Notes: a model not told the origin generated them from the letters alone. Positions 31,785 through 63,360 are shown, numbered from the stretch's first letter. The stretch is 64,000 bases of DNA from Sphaerodactylus townsendi (GCF_021028975.2 NC_059430.1:89218001-89282000); one strand, 5' to 3'. Numbers and translations are program-made.

Positions 31785-31945
31785 TGAGGATAGCCGGAGC
31801 TTGCCTGATTTCAGAAGCAAACAGGGCTGGCTCTGGTTAGTAGTTGGATGGGAGACCACCAATGAAGTTCAGGAGTGCTACGCAAAGACAGGCAATGGCA
31901 AACCACTTTCTCTCTTGCCATAAGTTGATGGCACTTTACACAAAA
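31785..31945 (+). mobile_element. 5S rRNA-derived SINE
   Basis: GAAGCAAACAGGGCTGGCTCTGGTTAGTAGTTGGATGGGAGACCACC + GGCAATGGCAAACCAC; further decayed copy at about 31175-31310. Confidence 0.7.
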
Positions 31946-32952
31946 GTGTGACGCTACTTAGAACATCTGACTTTATCACCAAGGCAATGCTTCATTTGCT
32001 TTTAAATATTTCATGTACAAAATATCACTATCCTGTATTATATGCATTTCAGGGTTTGTTTACAACACCAGAAATTATGTGAAAACCCACACATAGTACT
32101 GAAGAATTTGACTTTGGGTAAGTGTGTATATATAAACAAGCATACTCTTGTCAAGAGCAAGTTTTGGATTGCCTGCCAAAATCTTTGCAAAAAGCAATCC
32201 AGTGCATAGATCCGAAGAGGAAGCTTTGTCAAGTGATTTTTCAGTGCAACACTTACTTGGAAGTAAGCTGCACTGAAGACAGTGAGATTTACTTCGGATA
32301 AGATTATATCGCTTGTCAGAAATCTCCTCCTTCCTTTCTTTTTTGCTTGCATTACACATAGCAATAACAGTTCTGAACAGGCATCACTTGCAATCAGATG
32401 ATTTGGCTATAGCCATACCAAATTTGTGCACTTATGTTAATGGTGATAGAAAAACATGTAATTGTGTACCACATAATGCTTTACGTTTTCTATAGGTAAA
32501 GCAATTGGTATATACTTTATTCTTTTTAATGGTTTTGCTGATTGCTCTTCCCATCTATATTTTCTTGCTATGTGTTCACTGTGAATGGGTGGGACAACTA
32601 CAGGTCTTATTTTATTTATTTAGAACATGCATATGTCTTGGATGTGCAATTACACATTAGAATGTGTCCTGCTTGTTCAGTGATATTAGATAAAACCAAG
32701 GAATGGAGATATGCCCATGTATCATCTGTGCAAATGGAAATGGGGACAGGAGCCTGGTTTCCTGTAACAGAATAAATGTATTTTTGTGTGTTCTTAAATT
32801 CATACTATCTTCTTAGGTTTTCTGGATTGGTCCCAGTTCATACTCATATCACATATACCTATCTAGCAAATAAGTCAAATCCAATCTAGCAGGTTAGAAG
32901 ACCAAATAAATAAAAATTTAACAACATAGGTCATAAAATAGCTTTAACACCC

Positions 32953-32958
32953 TTTATT
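32953..32958 (-). promoter_or_regulatory. Candidate SEMA3C polyadenylation signal AATAAA
   Basis: minus strand GAAAAATAAAGGGTGTTAAAGCTATTTTTATGACCTATGTTGTTAAATTTTTATTT. Confidence 0.5.
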
Positions 32959-33699
32959 TTTCAGGCAAACAACATTTGGGATATCCAATTAAATAATATC
33001 CAGTCCTTTTTTAATCCAGGGTATAATGAATATTCACTGTTTTATCATGCTAAAATTATACACACATTATATATACTTGGTGGAAAAGAGGGTGCTTTCA
33101 AAAAAGATGAAATAGACTTATCTACAGGACCAATGATCTCAAAAAACATCCAAATTTACAAATAACAAAAAAGACAATAATAAAACAAATCTAATACATA
33201 CTGATAAAAAAAATTAGTATTGAGCAAATCTTTACATTTGGCAAAGTTATGTCTACAGGTTTTTTTAAAAGAATATAATTATATACATTATTCGGTATCC
33301 TCAAAATAGGAAGGTATTAAATAGGGGGAAAAAATAACAACAAACATTCATGTTACCTACATGGTGATTGACACTGAACAAGAAGTAGACAGTTTAATAA
33401 AACTCTAAAGGATACTACCCTGTACATTTTAGATCAGGTTTGTTCATCATATTTTGGCAACTCTGTGTGAAGAGGTAAACCTGGGTCTGCAGAGCCAAAA
33501 GAACTGTCCCCCAAAATTAGTCACAGCTAAAGCCAACTGAAAACACAAAGTTCTAGTCTTTTAATTTTGCTGGGCTATATTTTGTTAGTCTCTGTGTAAA
33601 CTCACCAATAATGAGATAAAAAGTTTCCAGTCCTTTCCAATTGGACCATGGTGCAACAAGGTGATAAAACTGTTGGCTTCTAAAAATCACATAAACTCT

Positions 33700-34225
33700 G
33701 GCCGTTTCTGCACGAATGCGGAAGCGGCCGGGTCGGCATTTCCGATGCCGACCCGACGACGCTAGGACCGTCCGCACGGACGGTCCTGGAAAGAGCCAGG
33801 CAGGCGGTGCCGCGGAGCGCCGGCGCCTGGCCGACCCGGCATATCCCCGGGCCTCCGGCGCGTCGCCGAGGCCTGGGAACATGCCCCCTGGCCCTGCGCG
33901 CCTGCTCCAGCGGCACAGGGCAGGGGGGTGTGTCCCCAGGCCTCGGCGACGCGCTGGAGGCCAGGGGACAAGGTAAGTGCCGGGTGCGAGGAGGGTGGGG
34001 GAGGCATCTCGAAGCTGCTGCCGTTCGCTCGGCAGCGGCTTTGAGGCAGCGTTTCCCCAACAAGAGCGCTTCCGAGCGCTCTGGGGAAACGCCGGCTTCG
34101 CGGCGTGAGGGCGGCGCGAGGGCGGCGCGGCTGCGATGCAGCTGCACCCCCTGTGCGAATGGTGGCCTGGAGACGGCGTTTTTGCCGTCTCCAGGCCGCC
34201 ATTAAATGGCCGTGCAGAAACGGCC
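33700..34225. mobile_element. PIF/Harbinger-like MITE (526 bp), young and CpG-rich
   Basis: Perfect 15-bp TIRs GGCCGTTTCTGCACG / CGTGCAGAAACGGCC; 3-bp TSD TCT; several internal palindromes. Confidence 0.9.
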
Positions 34226-34749
34226 TCTGTTTCCCAGAACTTTGAGAAAAGTAGAAAAGCTAACAGGTAATCCATGACTGCTGAAAAGCATTGTTAAGAA
34301 GATTTCTCTTAATTTCTCTTTACTTATTTTCTCCTCAAAATCCAGCAATCCATTTTTCTTCTATTCCTCTTTTTAGTCAATTCTGCTATGAACAAAAGAG
34401 AGATTTGAAGAGAGGAGGGGCAGAAAGGAAGTTCTACAAAATTTCAGAATTTTATTCTGCAAATACTCAGAGGCAGCTAGTGAAAACCCAAACCTTCCTA
34501 TCTTCCTGTTGGAGTACCCTGTAGTGTGTAATTAAAAAAAACCCTACCCTTCAAAGGCTGAAAATACAAAAGGGTGCATAGAGGTGTAATAGAAAGCAAG
34601 GAAGAGGAACAAAAGAGAATGCTTCTTTTGAAAGAGGAAAAAAAGAGAATAAGAAGGATCAATTGACATCTTTAAAAAGTGAATTTCAGAAAAAGACATT
34701 CCTCACTGCATAACAACACTGTCTGTGCATAAAGTATTGTCAAGTCACA

Positions 34750-35075
34750 GCAGACTTACGGTGACTCCACAGGTTTTTCAAGGCAGATGATTAAGCAGAG
34801 GTGTATTGGCAAAGTAGAGGTGGTTTGCCATTGCCTTCCTCTGCGAAGTCTTTCTTGGTGATCTCCCAGCCAAGCACTGACCCTGCTTATCTTCCAAAAT
34901 CTGACCAGATAGGCAGTGGTGGGATTCAAATAATTTAACAACCGGTTCCAGTGGTGGAATTCAAATAATTTAACAACGGGTTGTTACAAGCACCATTTTA
35001 ACAACCAGTTCTGCCGAAGTGGTGCAAACCTGCTGAATCCCACCACTGCAGATAGGGCTATACACCACACCATTC
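34750..35075 (-). mobile_element. 5S-derived SINE interrupted by a hAT MITE
   Basis: GAGGTGGTTTGCCATTGCC tail motif and 5S-like CTCCCAGCCAAGCACT...CCCTGCTTATCTTCC. Confidence 0.65.
34914..35048. mobile_element. hAT MITE (135 bp; CAGTGGTGGGATTC family)
   Basis: Perfect TIRs CAGTGGTGGGATTCA / TGAATCCCACCACTG; perfect TSD CAGATAGG. Confidence 0.9.
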
Positions 35076-38000
35076 CATACCCCCTAACAACACTACTTCT
35101 AAGCAAAAGAAGCGACAGATTTTTCAGAGATGATTTTGAAGTTGCTATCATGGTACTATGGGAGACACTCATCTACTAAATGGGATCATGGAATTCTTTT
35201 GCAAGTGATGGTGTAGAAGCAGTATTGTGCCCATGTAATTTCTCTACCCACAAGTCTCTTCATCTCATGGAGATGGTTGCAGCATTTTTGGGATGGAGGG
35301 TTGTGTAAGATGAATGATCCTATTGTCTCGCTTAGTAGCTTGTTTTCCCTATATCTCTGTTCTTAAATCAGCACTGACAATCAATAGACTTTTTTTTGTT
35401 TACTCAAGGGACCTACATTGCAGGAATTTTTGGGGTTGTTCACTCATAACATTATCTAAGAACAGAGTGCATGAGAGGACCTCTGATTTGTTCTAGATTC
35501 TCTGACACAGACAAAGCATAATTTGTGACATACAGGTCCATGAACAAATGCTTATATGAGTGAAGGTCTCACCCATGATCCCACACATATATCCAAAAGG
35601 GACATACATATTGTTTACTGGAAATAAATGCATGGCCTTTAATTGCACATCATGTTTTGTATGTAGCAAAAATCAACTATGGAGCTGCTACCATTCTTCA
35701 ATACGTACAAACTAGGGGCTGACTGTGAACCAGATATCTGTTTAAATACTACGACCCTGAGGTTGCTGCTGTTCCACAGGTTGCTGTAAGCATAACATGT
35801 GAACAAAGCTTTAGAAACACTATCCTCATCTGGAGTAAACTGTTTCACATTAATGTTCAATAATTATACCAGCTGAATCTCAAATATGTTATATGATCTT
35901 GGAGTATGGAGAGCTGGAGTGGCTACAAACTTGCAAACAAGACTTGCCAATATATACATTTTTCATGTAGCAAGGGGGAAAATGTTAGTGTAATCCTTTA
36001 AATGGTCATACCATCATAGCTATATCTAAAGCAGCTTTACAAATATTGTTTCGGAACTGGAGGTTCTACTGATTTCGTTAAATGAACCACATATAGTGCC
36101 ATTATTTTGTTTTTAATAAACATTGTTAACTATTCAAATATAACCACACTTGGTGGTTAAAAGAATTGTGCCCGCAAATGCTTATGTATTATTGTACGTC
36201 ATCTGGAAGCAATTACTGCCTTTTACAGGATGATATAAAAGTTACATCCACAGACCCATCAATGTTGAAACAGGATGGCAGGATTCAGACGATAATACCT
36301 ACACAGAATCAACATTCAGACTACAAGAGGTAGTTTTATTTTGTGAAGGTCAATATAATATTTGGGTTTTCTAAATTGGCTAGCTTCAGGATATCATATA
36401 TACCACTTGAGAAGGAACTGGGCAGTACTCTATCATTCTACTGGCAACATCTAGCAGGCTATCCCAGAGCAACTTCAAATCCAGCTTCCTGATACACAAC
36501 TCATTGGCTCAACAATATGTATACCTAATGGGAAATTATATGAAACATGGATTGTTTCTGACATCCAGACTATTTCTGGATTTAAAAAAGATGACATTTG
36601 AAGCAACCCTTGCGTCAGGCTTAGCTACAAATTATATGTACCCTGGAAATGCCATCCCAAGCATATTTCCCTTGCAACATACAGCAACACTTCCCCTGTC
36701 CAGCAACATTGTCTACAGGTGTAAGTTTCCCAATCATAATGTGGGCTGTCTGGTTGCAGATGTTACAAGGGAGACAGAACTCACCAAGGCAACACAATTT
36801 TCAATAGCCTCACAGTGGCATCTGCCATGCATAACTTGGTCAAATTTAATTATTGAGAATGTATGTGGGTAATGCCTAATGTGTTCCCCATTGTGTAGTG
36901 GTGGGCACTCCCTATTCTCAATTTTCCAAAAAGTGTGTGCAGGCACAAAAAGATCAAGAACTCCTGGTCTAAGAGCCTTCTGATGGACAAAGTCTAGCTA
37001 CATACTTTGATAAGTTTGTGTTCCTTCATAATCAAGGCAGATATTAGAAATGAATAAGCAAATGATTGAAGGAAACACAGTGAGACTTAAATATGATGGC
37101 ATTTTGGTATAAACAGGTTTACTTCATAGAGACTTCAAACTCAAGGAGGACTCAGTGTTTTTGAACCAGTGGACACCTTTGGGATTCTTATTCAGATTAG
37201 TGGGTGCGACCACAGGAGGCATACAGAGGAAGTTCAAGTGCTGGTAATTTTTAAAAAGAAAAGGTGTAAAGGTGTGAGAGAGAATAAAATCAACACAATA
37301 GTGGTGACCACCACTGAAACAACATTACTTCTGTTTAGCTAATGAGAACTCCAGTGACCAATCTAAAGTCCAGCTGGGGAAGAGTCCCATATTGCCCCAC
37401 CACTTTCTAAAAATACCAGATGGCACAATGGTAACCACAGTTACCACGCTGAGGATCCCTCTGCTATAAGGTAAAGGGAAATCTTGTAAGACTTAATTGT
37501 TTGTTATAGAAACTTCCACTGTCAAAAATGTATCTTTCCTGTACAAATGAAGAAAAAAGGGGGATGTGTATATGTTTTAATGTTTACTCTCAAAACTTCA
37601 ATTGAAGCCTGAGAATCAATTCAACAAAGGTCTATGTTAAGAGACCCCACAAGAGGGCAGGGGACATTTCTGAGGTATTCTGAATGATGTTGGAGCAGCT
37701 GCATAAGCCTTTATGTTGGGTGGGGTAGAATCAGTGAAAAGGCACCACCCACAGCTCTACTGTTTGGAGTGCACCTAAAAAAATCTAAGTGGTCAGGCTG
37801 CCAATCATGGAAGCTTATGGGAGTGCTGGATGAAATGCACTTGGGAAGACACACAGTTTTGCAATTATTCACACAATACAGTAGTGACACAGGATTAACT
37901 TTGAGGTATCTGCTTCCATTGCCTATCTGACAATTCACACCAATTGCCGTCATTACTTCCATGCCACACTTGAGCCCCTGATTGGAGATTTCAAAAGAGG

Positions 38001-39159
38001 GGAGCGTCTGGCATTGATATAAGTCTTTCCCTATGAAATCTTTGATTGGGTTATGTAATATTTTCTTCCCATATACTCTTTCATCAGGTTTTTTGTGTGT
38101 GTTTGTGATGCAAAAATGGTTATACTAAATGAAACAAAGAGACTTGCCCCTGCTAAGCTGAAGCTTAATGTATCTCTGCCCCGGCAAATATTATTCTGGG
38201 TTTCCATGGGTTGCTGTGGAGGGCAAATACCAGTTCTTATGGCATGTATTCATAAAATGATTATATATTCACTATCCAGATTATACACCAACTTAAATGG
38301 CCCAGACAATGGCACCTGAAGGCACCTAACCTGGTCTGATGATTAGATCAAGCTCTGTAAACTGCCTCATTGGGAGACCACCTTGAAATCAGACGGACAA
38401 TGTTTGAAAGAAGGGTGCAGTACAAGTATGCCAATAATAGAAACACAGTATTGTGACTTGCCATGTAAAAAATGATTCGGAATTATATATATATATCCTG
38501 TATCTTTAATACAAAGCTGGAAAATGACATGGGTTGAGTTCCTTGCTTTGGCTGCTGTTTTTTCAAGCTAGGGGACCATAATTAGAGACCATGATACATA
38601 CCCAAGTCTGTGGGCTAAATGCTGTAGATCAGGGGAGAACATATGCTAATATGGGCAGGCATTGGTAAGAATTTGGCTGAAGTGTTACTGCTCCCCTTTT
38701 TTCTGCTTGGAGGTCTCCCAAGAGAGATGGTACCACTAAGAAATTAGTTACCTTCATCCCTGCTGAAGATATCCCTAAAAAACACATATAACCATCTTAA
38801 CCCAAACTCTTCTTCCCACTTTGCATAACTCCAAGCCAGGCAATCTGTGCCTCTTTTGTCTCTTTACTCCTTTGGAAAAGGCAACTGATGACAACAACAT
38901 CCTAGTGAAAATCTGAGTTAAGGCAAATTATCAGGCTTATAGGTAAACTAATGATGGATCTAGTACTAGTGGGCACTTCACAAGCAACATCTCTTTGGGT
39001 CTGATTTGGTTTTCCACTTTAGCTTAGATAGGTTTCATTTCATTGGAACAAGCTGCTACCAGACTTGCTTTGCTATGTTTTTTCAGCAGGAAAACAATCA
39101 AATAAAAACTCCTCAAGGGAGGATAAGAAAAAAAGTTTGATGTTCCAAGACAAAAAACT

Positions 39160-57797
<18,638 letters not shown>

Positions 57798-59259
57798 CTG
57801 GAACACAGAAAGCAGCAGAGAGAAAACAACAGAAGGAAAAATAAAATGAGATCAGTTGGGAAGACCACAGTAGAGAAAATTACATAATGGATAAAAGAAT
57901 AGAGGAGATGCCAAAACACACAAAGAGCTAAGGCAAAAGTTCAAAGATCTGGAGCACACACACACACCTCTTGCTCTTTTCATAATTACAATGGAGAACA
58001 TCTTCCATTGTAGCTTTTTCTTTTTATCTAATAAAAGATGCGTAATTTCTTAAGTAGCAAGCAAATGTTCTTCTAGTTGAAAACTCTTAACAGTGATCAC
58101 TATAGCACATAATGTATTCTGATACATAAACCCATCTTTGTAAATATTCACTACAATTCCCAATTTTATTAAGGAATTCTATTAAACTGGTTAGCATTGT
58201 CACGGAAAAAGCTTTCCTCAGTATGCTTGTAACATGCAATGTGTGATTTTAATAATATTTCAACGTGATAGAATTAAAACGCTCATTGCCCCAGCATTCT
58301 GCTCCATTCTGAAATGCAGGGAACCAGTATTCCAAAAAGTGAATCCACCACAATATTGGCCACTTTGTTCAAGGTTTATTCCTAGCAGTATCCACTAGAT
58401 TTGTCCTTTTTTGCCATAACAACACATTTGCTGTATATTTTCATCAAGCTAGTAACCTCAAGGTCTCTTTTCTACACAGTAACAGCTGTATCATGAAGAG
58501 CAATTTTATTTATTTGTCTTTACCTAATTTCCCCTTGAAATCCAACAATCTGGTTCTTTCCTTTTTAGGAATTTGGAGTTTGTTTCAAATTAACTCCATT
58601 CTAATAAAAAGAGAAATCTGAAGAGAAGTAAGGCAGGAAGGGAGGTTCCTCACAATTTTGCAGATGCTCAGAGGCAGACAATATCATTCCAAAGTTTCCC
58701 ACCCCCCTGCTAGATTACCACCCTCCAGAGCATAACCATCAAAAACAGCTGCAAGGGCTGAAGTTACACAAGGGTGGATAGAGATGTAACAGAAAACTAC
58801 AAAAAGAAAGCAAAGAGAAATAAAATAGAAATTCTCCTTCTGAAAGAGAAAAGGGAATAAAAACCATTGGGTATATCTAAGAAAAGTGAATTGCAGAATA
58901 AGGAATTCAATTCCCCATAACAAGACAATTTAGAGGCCATCAGCATACATTTAGTTACAATTCTTTTGCCCCTATATGTATCAATTTATACAGACATCAT
59001 ATGTCATGATATTGGCCATTCACTGAGTTAGAAGAATTCTCACCATCATGCATAATTTGGTCTTATTCACAACACCTTGGCCACATTTGCGTTCAGCCCT
59101 TATCCCAGACCATTTACGAATGACAACTCTTGTGGGAACTCATCACTTACTTCCCTCCACTGTGAGAACTGTCCACTTACTCCTACTCTTGGCTAGTTTC
59201 TGGTTCATGGGAGAACCACTCTTTTATCCTCTGGCTACTAAGTTTACTCAGCAGCTTTA

Positions 59260-59598
59260 CAGCTGAATTCAAAGTTGTCGGGTAGAAGGCGATGGCGTCC
59301 CCCACCCCAAGGGCTTTCCCACAGCACAAAAAACCCTCAAAGGTTGAAAAAGGAAAAAAGCCAAGAATCCTTCCAAAGGGGAATAGAGATAGGCCATAAA
59401 AATTGTGGTGTATCTCCACTGGCAGCTCCACCAATGCAGGGGGACAGAGTGGGCTTTGGAGGCTGGCTAAGTTTTGCCCTGCCCCTGGAACACTGGCATA
59501 GCTTGGGACAATGTGCTCCAGGGAGGGCAAATCCACTAGCATAAGCCTGTGCCACCTCCAGAAAGGTATCCCCCACACACGTACTCCAGATTGGGCTG
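59260..59598. mobile_element. Decayed MITE with CAGCCCAATCC-type ends
   Basis: Right end AGATTGGGCTG, degenerate left end CAGCTGAATTC, flanks TTA/CTA. Confidence 0.4.
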
Positions 59599-60687
59599 CT
59601 AGTGGGAAACTGCCAAACACTTTGGGGAAGTGCAACTAGATAATGTTAACTAGGTCCCATTTTCTCAAAGGTCCCATTTGTTGCCTAGGTCTCATTTGCA
59701 CGAAAAATAGGTGAGGTGGGACAATAATTCAAAGAATATCTCTGTATGGCCTGTTCCTCTACATGGCCCGTTCCTTAGTAATTGCATCACTTTCTAGAAC
59801 AGATGTTCTAGACTAACAGACCTGTCATTTCTTGCACCTCCTCTGGATCCTCAAGCTGTTTTAAGAATTTTTGTTTTGTTTAATTTACAAAGTATATTTT
59901 ATGTCAGACTTGGAAAGGTTAGAAAGAACACAGAAACATTTGACTTTTGTCTGTTTTGCTTCTCTCATGACTGGCCACCCACTTTATTAGCACTGGCATG
60001 ATAATGATGAACTTTGCTGAGGAATTTTCACCAATCTTATCTTAGTCCCGTTGAAACTTCTCCAATGCAGGAATGTTCAGATTCACTATACCTTTTCTCC
60101 TCAGATGACAAATGGTACCAGTCCTCGTTTGAACATTATTTATTACCCAGTACTGAAACACAGGAAAAAACTTTGGGGCAGAAGTTGTACACAGCTGACC
60201 ACACTAGAACAGGGCCTAAGTCGAGTTACATCCTTAGTCCATTGAAGTCAATGGCATTGATCCAGGCTTTCCCCAAGGAGCCTTCCTTCACCCTAAGGAG
60301 CATACCTACCACTTAAGTGGTTCTTCCCCCAATGCAACTTCCACTTAAAGTTACCAAGTCTGAAGGATGCTGGCAGGGGATGATGGGAACTGTAGTACAT
60401 AACATCTGGAGCGCTGCGAGTTTGATACCTGTGTAGCTTAAAGAACCTTTCTTCAACTTAAGTGGCTCTTACTCCAACAGGAGTCCCACGTAAGTTAGAG
60501 AAAGTTCCTTAGCCATGAAGAAACCTTCAAACTTTGTTCAGAGGAGTTGTGGGATAGGTGTAGGATTCACTTCACTGGGCTTAGAAATCAGTAACTGCTT
60601 GGGATTGTTCTGTAACATTTACAAAGAAGTTAGGCTAAAGATTGTGGGTTTTTACATCAGAAAAAGTATTTTATAAAAAATGCCTTT

Positions 60688-61117
60688 GGCCCTTTCTGCA
60701 CTGGCCAACTATCCCAGCCTGGGGGTGGGATTAAAGCCGGTTTGGGTGAGAACTTTGCATGATTCCCACCCCAAAAAACTGGGTCATTCCCACTTAAACC
60801 CGTCCAAGGTGGGATATTTGATAATTGCCTGAGATGGCAGCTGCTGATTTTGCCCATGGGGTTTTTTTGTGTGTAAACTTACCTTCTCTCCTGCAGGAGA
60901 GGCTGACTGGCTCTCTGGCCCCTGAGGCATCAGCCATGGCCGTGGGGGCCTGCCCCATCATCCCTATGGGGCTGTGCAGGGAAGAAGGTACTTTTTTAAA
61001 AAAAGGACGCGCCTCCACGGGGTTACTTGCATGGGAGCGTGCAAATGGCCCTGGGACTGCACCGGGATCAATTATCCCGGCTGCACCCCGCCTCCCCCGG
61101 GCCACGCAGAAAGGGCC
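60688..61117. mobile_element. PIF/Harbinger-like MITE (430 bp, different interior)
   Basis: Perfect 12-bp TIRs GGCCCTTTCTGC / GCAGAAAGGGCC; TSD TTT. Confidence 0.8.
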
Positions 61118-61807
61118 TTTGTCTCTCTATCTGATGCAGCGTTCTGAACATTCCATCTGGTATTCAATTATATTAATATGGCACATGAAAATGAAAGACT
61201 TCTGACTTGGTTTTAAATTAAATGTACACAGCTTGGAAGAAAGGTACTGGGATAATTTAAAAGACTTTGCAGATAGGAACAATCAGTACATTGACCAAAA
61301 GCTAAAGGATTGTTCCTCAACTTTCTGCACATAATAAAAAAAAATTACACCAAAATCAATTTGTAGTATCTATTTATAATAAAAAAAATATAGTACAGCT
61401 GTAAAACGTTATGAATGGTACACAGATATTGGTCATTTTATTTCCATGGTGATCCACTCCACAAATACTACCCTCAAGACAAGCAAATGCTCTGAGCAAT
61501 TTGAAGGGAACTAAACTGTTATAGAAAGTTTTACGACGGCAATCCATGGCAATGTAAACCATTAACTAATAAACAATAAATTAACTGTAACTGGAGGCAA
61601 AACTGAATTCAGGCACTAAGCTGAGCCACATTTTAATGTTCTGCAGTTTAGCCAAGTGCTTTTCTCTGCTAGCTTCTAAAGGCAAACATCTACAGTTATG
61701 TTGAAAGGTGGCTAGACATTGAGGTATAATTTCAAGGCTTTCTGAGTGTTAATAGTATTTTCATAGACATTAACGTCGGGAAATTTGGAGCATCAGTTGC
61801 CATGTCA

Positions 61808-62005
61808 ACCAGCATGGTGTAGTGGATTAGGATTTGGGAGGTGCAAATCCCCACTCTGCCATGGGAGCTTGCTAGATATCCTTGGGCTAGTCATACACTC
61901 TTAGCTGAATCTACATCACAGAGTTGTTGTGAAGATAAAAAACTGAGAAGGGGAGAAGATTGTAAGCCACTCTGACTAGTCACCAGGGAAAATAATAATA
62001 AATAA
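61808..62005 (+). mobile_element. Squam3-like SINE, decayed
   Basis: CCAGCATGGTGTAGTGG head, CCTTGGGCTAGTCA core, TGTAAGCCAC tail. Confidence 0.6.
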
Positions 62006-63204
62006 ATCTAATTAACTGGTCAATTGATTAATTGATTGATTTTAGATTACAGTGAATGGTTTGGACAGGGATGTTCTAACAGATGTGTGTGTGTGTGGGG
62101 GGGGGGAAGGATTTACAACCAGATTTAGAAGTCTGCTATTGCATTAATTCAAGATTAAAGTGGGGAAAATTTACTTTAAGAATACTTGTTACTGTTATTT
62201 TTCAAATTCCTCATAATAATAACATTATAAAACAGAGCAGAGACAACTGTATTATGCAGTTTTCCAGATCCTATGTCAAACCAGATCTCATGGAGCAGGT
62301 TTATCCTACTCTCACCCCCTCCCCTCTCCTGCTGCAGTTTGCTAAGCTCCATGGAATTATGTTCTTGGGGAGGGGCAGCAGACTCACAGCAGTAAGAGAC
62401 TTTATAAGAAAACTAAGTGTTGATACAGATCTGAAACTGTCATATAAAAAAGACAGCCTAGTTCTGTGAATTCAAAGAATGGAGATTGTTTATATCAAGG
62501 TACAGTAGGGTTTGTGCTACCAAGGACTTAACTATGGCAGAATGCCCAGATTTTTGACAGCTCCACAGAAAATACCATACATTTTTTTCAATGCAAACCA
62601 GTCCAAAGAGAAGATTCTATGCAATACTGCAAACTTCAAAGACTTCAGAACAGACCTATAAAAAGCCCTTCCCCCAAAGAAACCAAGAAGTAAACAAGAG
62701 ACATCAACTGGAAGGAGAAACCATCCACATCACAAAAACCATCTCTACAATTGTAATGCATGCTGACCCCAATCATATCTGTAGGGAGTGATCTCATGCT
62801 TTGAGGTAGTCTCTCAATTTTGTTTTTCAAGCATTCAATAGGTTACGGTTGCAATTATGGGTCAAATATGCATACAGTGCATGCATATAGATCAGGGGAT
62901 GGCTGATTCCAAGGAAACAGAATGAGAAGGGGGGGGGGCACTCTTTTTAAAATAAACTTTGGTCTAAATTCCACTGGAAACATTCCTTTTATTTGAAAAC
63001 AGATGAATCTTTATTAGACCTGGAGGAAACTATTTCTAGTTCCTTGTACACTGTGAGGGGTATGCAGAAGGTTCTACAACATCCTTGAAAATTTTCCTTT
63101 GTCATTAAAACAAATGAAATATACCACAACATTTCATTTTAGATAAACCAGGGTGCTAATTTAGAGATATGTGGATTTACTCCAGTGGGAAATATTAAAC
63201 TTCT

Positions 63205-63360
63205 CAGTGGCTCAGCGGAGGAGCCTCTGCTTTTGCATGCAGAGTTCCCAGATTCAATGCCTAGAATCTCCAGTTAAAAGGACCAGGCAGTAGGTGATGT
63301 GAAAGGCCTCTGCCTGAGACTCTGGAGAGCCACTGCCAGTCTGAGTAGACAAGACTGATT
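63205..63360 (+). mobile_element. tRNA-derived SINE (Squam2-like)
   Basis: TGGCTCAGCGG...TGCATGCAGAGTTCCCAGATTCAAT head; GCCTGAGACTCTGGAGAGCCACTGCCAGTCTGAGTAGAC body. Confidence 0.65.

Larger units (their letters stand above)
32935..39159 (-). other. SEMA3C: Probable SEMA3C 3'-UTR (about 6.2 kb, interrupted by TEs)
   Basis: Contiguous with the stop codon; AT-rich, repeat-free, UTR-like block at 32940-33540; minus-strand AATAAA at 32953-32958 followed by a U/GU-rich downstream element. The end point is inferred. Confidence 0.5.

Noticed and set aside
31785-31860. Possible 5S rRNA gene (also 43690-43745)
   Set aside because: Partial, diverged and fused to a SINE tail, so a retroposon head and not an rRNA gene.
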